DNA of 64,000 nt from the human T2T-CHM13v2.0 reference genome, Homo sapiens, in assembly GCF_009914755.1 (NCBI RefSeq), contig NC_060926.1; one strand, 5' to 3'. The notes beneath the pieces were generated by a model. It was not told where the DNA came from and did no database searches. It saw only the letters and a list, made by a program, of their open reading frames with translations. Positions 55,161 to 64,000 of this stretch are shown one piece after another (the first letter of the stretch is position 1; the number at the start of each line of letters is the position of its first letter). Both the position numbers and the translations under genes were made by a program.

Positions 55161-55952
55161 ATTCTAAAAAGTAGCAGACATTTACCCTAATACATACACA
55201 CTCCAAAATCAATGGGACGCAGAAGTCAGTGATAAGAGATGACCATTAGAGAGTAAGTGAATTAGAGGATCCAAGAAACAATCCCTGACCAAGTGACACT
55301 GCTTTTATCCTCACTGCATTTAGCATCGTCGTGAGTCATTCTTCCTCACCATAAGCCTTCCTTGGCGTGGAGCAGAGTCCACCATCTGTGCAGAATAGCC
55401 TAGGGCTCCTCACCACTTCTCAGCCCACGCAAAGATCATTCTCCAAGAGCATCTGTTCTTTGGAGAAGGCACCTGGAACCCTTCTATCTGATCATCTCTA
55501 CCCTCAGTGGTGAAGTTCCAGTTCCCATTATGAGCAGCATGTCTTGCAGGGTCTAGAAGATGCAGCAAGTCTTGCTACCTTGCTTCAGGTTAGCACACTG
55601 GCAGGTTAGCATTGGCACGGCGCCCTGGTGCCCAGCACCAGCCAGCTAGCATTTGTGCCGCTTTACGACTGCCCTTGCCCCGAAGAAAGTCCAGGCCTGG
55701 CCATTTGCTCCAGAAGCTGCCACGAATTCAGAGGAAAGACTGCACTTCCACTAGGCGCCGACAACTGCAAGTTTCAATATGCTGAACTGGCTCGGGAAAA
55801 AAATGGCACTTCTTTCCCAGATATACAATTCAAGTTTTTCTACTCCTCCCCTTTCTTCTTTTTTCTAGAAAACAATACTTGTCTTTCCTATAACGGTTCT
55901 GTTCTCTGAGAGTTACGACACAAATCACTCCTCTGGCGTTTCTCAACCATGT

Positions 55953-55968
55953 GTTGTTGTTGTTGTTG

Positions 55969-56012
<44 letters not shown>
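55953..56012. repeat. Compound microsatellite (GTT)7(ATT)13
   Basis: Seen directly. Confidence 0.95.
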
Positions 56013-56708
56013 TACTATCTCTGTCCCCCACAGTAGCAGGAAGCAAGTCTGCCTTGATTACTGCTCTCTCCTCCATCTCTAGTACAGCTTTGGGTTCATC
56101 ATGTTGCTTAGGGAACACTGCAGATGAATTGTCAAGTTCCAGGCTCCAGGCTGTTGGTGCTAATGGAGCTCTGAGGAGTGAGAACAGAGGTCAAGGAAGC
56201 CATCCTGGGAGGTAGCCCGCAGTTGGATTTTAAAAACCTGCCACACTTGGAGGGGCGGAGAAGAGCTTCAGGTAATCTATGGCGTGCCCCCCAAATGCCT
56301 CTCTGATGAAGATGCTCCAGTGTTTGCCTGGCCCCTGGACAGTCAGTGGGAAGACGCCACCTACACGTGAGTTGGGGGAAGCACCAGGACACAGAGCCGG
56401 TCTCCCCAGCCAGCTAAAAGGTTTAGTCCTTCCTGTAACTGGCTGACAGATCTGCTCAGGGCCCTGGTTTCCCATTTCCACTAAAATCTTCCATGCACAA
56501 TACCTTTTATCTCTCCTGGACACACCAGCTCACTCCTTGTTGAGTAGCTTTTTTCTCCCCAATCTTCTAAATAAAACCTGCAGGTCTTGCCAAATGTTTA
56601 CTCTATCATGCAATATTTAGCAACATGAGGGCCACAAATGGATCACAAATTGAGGAAATATTATAAGTTTGCTTTCAAATTCTGGAAGTATTTTCCAAAT
56701 CATGCCCT

Positions 56709-56713
<5 letters not shown>

Positions 56714-56741
<28 letters not shown>
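56714..56741. repeat. (CT)n microsatellite
   Basis: Seen directly. Confidence 0.9.
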
Positions 56742-56743
<2 letters not shown>

Positions 56744-56899
56744 GTAGACACATCATCAACCCCCTGACAATTTTGGCAGGGCCATCCCCAGCTGCCCTGG
56801 TTATAACAGAAGGCTGAGCAAGCAGTGCTGAGGGCATGTGGCTTTGGGTGGAGACCCCCATCAAAAGCTTTATGACAGGTGTGTCACTGCCTGGCACCC

Positions 56900-57215
56900 C
56901 GAGGGAGTGGTGTGTGCAGTCGTGTGGAGAGTATGACATTGGGGGAACCTACCTGTGAGGTGTGTGCTGGCTGGCAGTTGAGAGGCAGTGACCCAGTGTA
57001 AGTGGGAGCATGGGTATGGTGTGGTGGGTATGGTGTGTGGGAGGACCCGTGCTATGGAGGGATGGGTGGTAAAGTGTGTGGTGTGTACTGTGGTGTATGT
57101 GTGTGACCATGCATGTGCATCAGGCCGGATGTGTTTGTGTGTGAATGGTGTAGTGAGTAACTGAGGCTTGTGTGTGGGGCGGGGAGGGGTATGGGGGCGA
57201 GTAAGGAGGGCACAA
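56900..57215. repeat. GT-rich low-complexity tract
   Basis: tgggtatggtgtgg twice, gtgtgtgg runs, G-runs. Confidence 0.7.
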
Positions 57216-60200
57216 GGAAGGGAAAGTGTGCATCAGAAAGCAGCTCCAGGGCGGCCAGGTCTCGGCTCTGAGGCCATCTCCAGGAGCAGGATTGCTGCTT
57301 ACTCTGGGGAAGCCCAGGACTCCTGCCGTTGGTGGAGCAGCCTCAACCCCAGCCTCGAGTCTACAGAACTGTGCCCTGTGGCTAAGGAAGCTCAGTGTCT
57401 GTTGCCAGATGCCTGTGCCCAAGGAGACTGAAGCAAAACAATGAGACAAAATGTTCTTGTTGCTTTTAGGCAGCAACGATTATTCTGGACCAAGGGCCTG
57501 GGTAAGACGCTGGAGTCCTTGGCCCAAGTGAGGTTTGTGGCTGAATCTTGTGTAGCTTCAGTGTCTAGGGTCACATACGCTCTCATAATGACCTCAGCCC
57601 AAGGGAGACATAGTCCACCTTCCCAACCAACTGACAGTCCTTTGCTGCTGCCCAGAGATGACGGCTCTGTGGCAGGCTGCCCAGGAGCCCATGCTAAGGT
57701 CAGTGCTTCCGTCAAGAGCTGTCCCGGAAGAGGTGACAGTCGAGCAAGGCCAGCTCCAATCATTTCAGTTCCTTCACACACAGACGACTCTTTTGGTCAC
57801 TCCCCTGGTCTGTAAGATTTAAACGTCATGCCCGGCCTCCACGGCCCTCGTGTACCTTGTCCCACTCTCCCAGCTAACCTGTGTTCCCTCCATGTTCCCC
57901 CACTCCAGCTAACCTAAGGCCAGAGAGCAAACTCTGGGCTTGTTCCGGGCTCAAGATGGAGTTCAGACAGTCCTCACTCATGGTGCAGCCTGCGGGGGCC
58001 TCTGGAAACTAAGCCCAGAGTCTGTAGCTGAAGCTGAACTCGGATGGGCAGGATATGGAGCGTCATAAATGACTGCTGAAGTGACACTCAGTTTTGAACT
58101 CCAGATCTAATATTTTTAAATGTTCAGAAAAACTGTTTGTGATTGGCTTTGAGGAAAGAGGCATCCCTGTGCCTTCCTTTTCTCGTTTAAAACTCCAACA
58201 TGACAAATTGCTTCAAACAGCTTACTAACCAAGATGGCTCCACATGGGAATTATGTGGAGGAAAAGGCCTCAGAAAAGTTACTGCCAAGGGCAAATAACA
58301 CAGAACACTTACCACAGCCACAGGCCAGGTACTGTGGGGGTTAGAAGACAGGTGGCAGCCAGTGAGGGGTAAAGGGGTAAATGGCAGGGCACAGTTCTGC
58401 ATGGAGTGAATTTAATGCACACAGGAAAAGTCCTTAATGACAGAGCTGAGGCCTGCTCACATCTGTGCCCAGAAAGGTGCCACCCCCTATGGCCCTCTCC
58501 TCCCCCACCTCAGATCCATCATCTTTTATGCTTATTTGTCTCTTGGTGGTCCTAAGTCCCATCCAGGAAACAGAACAAGAAGGAAAATACACTTCTGGCC
58601 TCCCTTTTTCTTTCTCTGAAAATGGACGCCCAGCCCCTTTCCAGAATACAACCAGTTAGTCCATTTCTTAGCAGGCAATTAGAGTTAATCCATCCTTAAA
58701 GTATGTGTGGGAATAATCAGCCTCAAAAATCTACCCAGATTCTAAGAGACAGGCACAGGGAGTCAAAATATCCCCATCCAGAGAGATGAGCCCTCCCAGC
58801 TGTCTTTAGGGACTGTGGCAACAGCCCCCAGACAGTCTCCATGCCTCGAGTGTGGTCCCCAGCCTCTTCATGCTCCATGCTGATGCCCCAGTGATCTTTC
58901 TGAAACCCAATGTTGTTCCTCTCTTTAGAACTCTCCAAGGGCTCCTGAAGTCCTAGTTCTTTCACATGGCACCCAGTCTCTCCCAGTCTTAGCTTGCCCT
59001 TCCCACTCTTTATAGCCACCCCAAAGGCATCTGTAAAGGGCTCTTATGCCTCTCAATTACGTTGTGCTTTTTCTTGTTTTGGAACAATTTGCACACAAGT
59101 TTCCTTCTGCATAGAAAGCCCTTCCCTGCCTTGTTCATCTAGTTAACTAGCATGTCCCCTCTTTCCAGAGCCTGCTCAGTCATCACCTCCTTTGGGGACA
59201 ATCCCTTCTCCATCTTGTTCTAACCATCCCCAAAGACATTGTTTGCCCTGGAATCCTGTCAACTAGATGCTGTATTTTCCCTTCTACACCTAAAGGGTCT
59301 TAAGGGAGGTAGGTGTCCTCTTTGCTTCCCATTGCCTCTTCCTCCTTCAAAGCCCTTGCTTCTTTGAAGTGCAAGTCATCAGACTTGACCACCCACTGTT
59401 CACCTTGGTCATTTACAGTTCTCCCCATTCTTCCTCCCCATTCATTGATGACTTTAGCATGTGGCTCTTGTTGTTAACATGTTAACATCCACATGGATAG
59501 AAAACCTATGCACAGCACATCGGTGCCTCCATTTCTTGATTCCATCCGATTCAATGATCTTTTCCTCCATCCCACCACAGCCACCAACTCCCATGGTTAC
59601 TTTCTATCTTTTCATCCAGTTACTCCGACCAATAACTGCATCCCCTCTGCGATGTCAAGCTGCTCCTCTCTATGACCACCTCTTCTCTTATTCAAGAGCA
59701 CCCACTCCAGCAATGCGGACCTCACTGAGATGCTCAATCCATGGTCCCTTTCCCTTTCTCACCACCATCACCTACTCACCCCCTACTTCCCACACACACA
59801 TGATCTCATCCTCTTCCCCATCCAGCTCAGGTGCCTTGGTCAGCACTATATCTACCCCCTAACACATGTTTACCTCCTTTACCCCATTTTCTCTGTATAT
59901 CACACTAGCCCAGAAAGATCTGAACGTGAATAAAACCAGCCATCTGCTTACTCTGAGTCTGTACCCAATGAACCAACACTGCTGGGGAAATCACATCATG
60001 ATCATGATGATTGGATTTGCTTTACATTTGTAAGCACAGGTGTCTACACTTCCAGTAATCCTACTTTCTTGCCTGGTGGATTCGCTTTCCAAGTCTCCAA
60101 GACAACTATGCTGTCTTCTCTACATTGTCTCTCTTCTAGAATAGATCTTCTCTACTCCCTTAAACATCTAAAACCTCACTCTCAGCAAATGTCTCCCGCC

Positions 60201-60857
60201 ATCACTCACTCTCTTGCCATAGGGATATGGTGAAAATATGTTGTTTCTCCTCCAAGCAAAACAAACCATTCTCTCTGCTCCAGAATTCATCTCCTCTCAG
60301 CTTCTCAGGACCTTGTTCCTGCAATTACCCCCTTATCTCCCACTGACTCTTCAACTCACCCCAGCTGGGCTTACATCATTTCTACCCACCAAAAATGGCT
60401 CTTATCATGGTTGCCAAAGACTTACGTTTTGCCAAGACCACTGATAAGTTTTCAGTCCTCAACACATTTAACCTCTTAGGAGGAGGAAATTGAAATGCAT
60501 TCTTTTCTAAGTTCTTAAGATGTTATTCTTGTCTTGTCTTTCATCTACCTTAATGACCATTCCTTCTCCTTTGCTGTAATCTCCTATTGTGCTCAACCTA
60601 GGGCTCTGAATGCAGCCTTCATCTCTTCCCAACTACTTTCTCCCTCTGGATGATTTCAGTCTCATTATTATAACCAGCATCATTGCTTTGATAGTCCCAA
60701 ACCTATACACTAGTTTATACATCTCCCACAAATTCCAGACAGATATTTGAAACTGTCTCCACATGGTCATCGGCATTTCAAATCTTATATGGTCCCAAAA
60801 GATCTATTGATAGCTTTCTCCCTCCTGCTCTCTCTCTCTACCCTACTACCCTGTTGT

Positions 60858-60858
<1 letters not shown>

Positions 60859-60890
<32 letters not shown>
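60859..60890. repeat. (CA)n microsatellite
   Basis: Seen directly. Confidence 0.95.
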
Positions 60891-60891
<1 letters not shown>

Positions 60892-61213
60892 CAAATCTCC
60901 TCTTCCCTAAGTCTTCATCTTTGTCCATGACATTATTACTTGCACAATTGTTGAAGCCAGCAATCTTAAAATCACCCTTGATTGCTCTCTTTCCCTCATA
61001 CTCCATGTTTAATTCACTGGCAGGTCCTGGTGACAATGTTTCCAAGTATATCCCAAATTTGACTACTTCTCACAATATTAATCATCAAAATCTTAATCTA
61101 AGTCCCTGACATCTCTCAACTGGTCTACTGTAAGGTCCTTCTAACTGGACTTCCTGCCTCCTTTCTTGATTCTTGACCCTATACAATCTACTCTTCACAC
61201 ACCAGCTAGAATG

Positions 61214-61745
61214 GTATATGTATATGTATGTATATGTATACACACACACACACACAGTATGCAGCCTTTTCAGATTGGCTCCTTTCACTTAGTAATACAT
61301 ATTTAAGTTGCCTCCATATCTTTACATGACTTGACACCTCACTTTTTTTCAGTGCTGAATAATATTCCCTTGTCTGGATCTACCACAGTTTATTTATCTA
61401 TTCACCTACTGATGGACATTGTGGTTGCTTCTAATTTTTGACAATTAAGAATAAAACTGCTATAAACATCTCTGTGCAGGTTTTTGTGTGGCCACAAGTG
61501 TGGACATAAGTTTTCAACTCATTAGAGTAAATACCAAGCACAATTGCTGGATCATATGCTAAGAATATGTTTACTTCTGTAAGAAACTGCCAAAGTATCT
61601 TTCAAAGTGGCTGTACCATTTTTGCACAGCAACCAGCAATGAGAGACTTCCTGTTGCTCCACATCCTCACCAGCATTCGATGCTCTCAGTGTTTTGGATT
61701 TTGACCACTCTGACCTGTGTGTGGTGGTATCTCATTGTAGTTTTA
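61214..61745 (-). mobile_element. L1MB/MC-type fragment inserted in the L2
   Basis: cagccttttcagattggctcctttcacttagtaata...gttgctccacatcctcaccagcatt...gtggtatctcattgt. Confidence 0.85.
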
Positions 61746-62869
61746 TAGAGCAAGTCTTTTTAAGTCGTAAATCCAATTGTGTTGCTCCTCTTTTTAAAGG
61801 TTTTCAATGATTTCCCACTACAACAAAAATAAATTTCAAATACCTTACTATGATCCACAAGGCCCCTCATGACTTGGTCTCTACCTGTTCATGACTGCTC
61901 TGATTGGTCAACACCTTCTCCAATCTCATCAGGTACCACTCTCCCCATGGTCCCTTTGCTCTACCAATTTGGCTCTTTCACTTTTTAAACATGCCAGACC
62001 TGTTTCTGCCTTAGGGCTCTGCACTTGCCTTTTTTTTTTTTCCTTATGATGTTCTGCCAGGTCTTCAGTTGTGTGTCATTCTCATGAGTCAGGTCTTGGA
62101 TTAAATATTAACCCTAAGACAAAACTTTCCTAGCATGAAGCACTGATGGATGTGGATGGTTGGATAGATGGAGAAAATATAGATCCTAAAAGAAGTAAGA
62201 GAAAACTTGGTTGTCGTGTAGTAGGCTGATGTACCAATGGAAGGAGCTATAAGGAGGAGGAGTCAGGAGTCAGTGGGAGCAGCCATTCCATACCCCTTTG
62301 GAGAAAGGAGGCTAAAGAAGAGAGACTACAGGAAGAAGTAGTGCAAACCTAAGGAAGCTGGCGACATCAGGTGAAATTAGCACAAGCTTCTGGAGGGGAT
62401 CTGGAGGGTCAGTTGCCTACCATCATGCTAATATATAAAGCATCAGACCTTAATTACACACCACTATATGGAATGAATGTACACTCTACACACCTTGGGC
62501 ACTTCCTAGGGCCTGAGACTAGAGGCCATCTGCCTGGGTCAGGGAGAGGCAGGCTCTGGGCCTACTGCATTGCAGTTCTAGCAACCACTCTAGTCTGTAT
62601 CTGTAGCTGTATCCAGTTAGTTCAGAAATCCAGGCAGAAAATAAAACTCAGCATCACATAATACCAGGAGCATCACAGATCTGCCATGGTCTGCAGAGAA
62701 TCCAAGTCTGTGCCACTTTGTTTTTTACAAGTATACAATCTCTTTTTTGATGTTATGAAACTCAAAGCTTACTATTTTTACCTTTATGACCAAAGATAAT
62801 TGGCAACTTTCTATCTCCTCTGTAATGACTTTTTTCTTAAATCATGTTTGATGTTGACATTGTTTTAGG

Positions 62870-63132
62870 CCATAATGTCTCAAACTGTAGGTCATGAACC
62901 GTTCATTAGTTTGTCATGAAATCAATTTAGATGGTTCATAACCAGAATATTTTTAACAAAATAGAACAGAGTAAATGAAAATAGAAAATACCAAAGTGTG
63001 TCACACAGAGTAAGGACAAGTACTATTTCAGAAAACATGTTTCAATTATTCATATAATGTACAATTTTTACATATATGTGTGTATAAGATATAAAATGTA
63101 GGGTCACAGCCAAAAAGCAGAAGCTATTGCTC
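62870..63132. mobile_element. hAT-Charlie-type MITE
   Basis: tctcaaactgtaggtcatgaacc...tcatgaaatcaatttag...gggtcacagccaaaaag. Confidence 0.65.
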
Positions 63133-63309
63133 TAGGTTTCTCTTGGCTTTAAAACAAGCTACATAAATATGTTATGAATAATGTATAAAATATATTCTAA
63201 AACAACTTCAAAATTCATGTAGAATTCATTCATGTCAAGGAAGCACTGCCAAAGATAATAACCATCAAAAGTAGTACACAACAGGTGTGGCAATTTGGAA
63301 GATTCTATT

Positions 63310-64000
<691 letters not shown>

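Larger units (their letters stand above)
58830..62170 (+). mobile_element. Long L2 remnant (ORF2-derived body to 3' end), interrupted by an L1
   Basis: C/T-rich L2 motifs (gtcatcagact...cccactg, tgaccacctcttctc, ttgaagccag, ccttactatg...aaggccc, ccttagggctctgcacttgc). Confidence 0.75.

Noticed and set aside
55610-55765. CTCF-like motifs (caccagggcgcc, ccactaggcgcc)
   Set aside because: Mismatches in the core GGC positions; too weak without ChIP data.

Overview
Primate, almost certainly human, non-coding genomic DNA (intergenic or deep intronic). I find no supportable protein-coding exon, tRNA, rRNA, snRNA or CRISPR; the listed ORFs fall in repeats or are chance ORFs. Much of the window is interspersed repeat: an L1 cluster at 1-8.7 kb, eight Alus (several with readable target-site duplications, TSDs), MaLR LTRs including a near-complete MST element at 35.2-37.8 kb, long L2 remnants, many MIRs and DNA-transposon fossils. 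Subfamily names come from recalled consensus sequences and need RepeatMasker/Dfam confirmation. The most notable structures not explained by standard repeat annotation are (1) a ~360-bp local duplication of an L2 segment with a fold-back hairpin at its junction (17.9 kb vs 21.0 kb), (2) a ~200-bp local duplication with an inverted half and a direct half joined by a 14-bp overlap (43.6 kb vs 45.0 kb), and (3) a MADE1 that forms a perfect 34-bp palindrome with miR-548-like arms. Several repeat-free, motif-dense blocks look like candidate enhancers. I could not identify the locus and see no evidence for a novel coding system.
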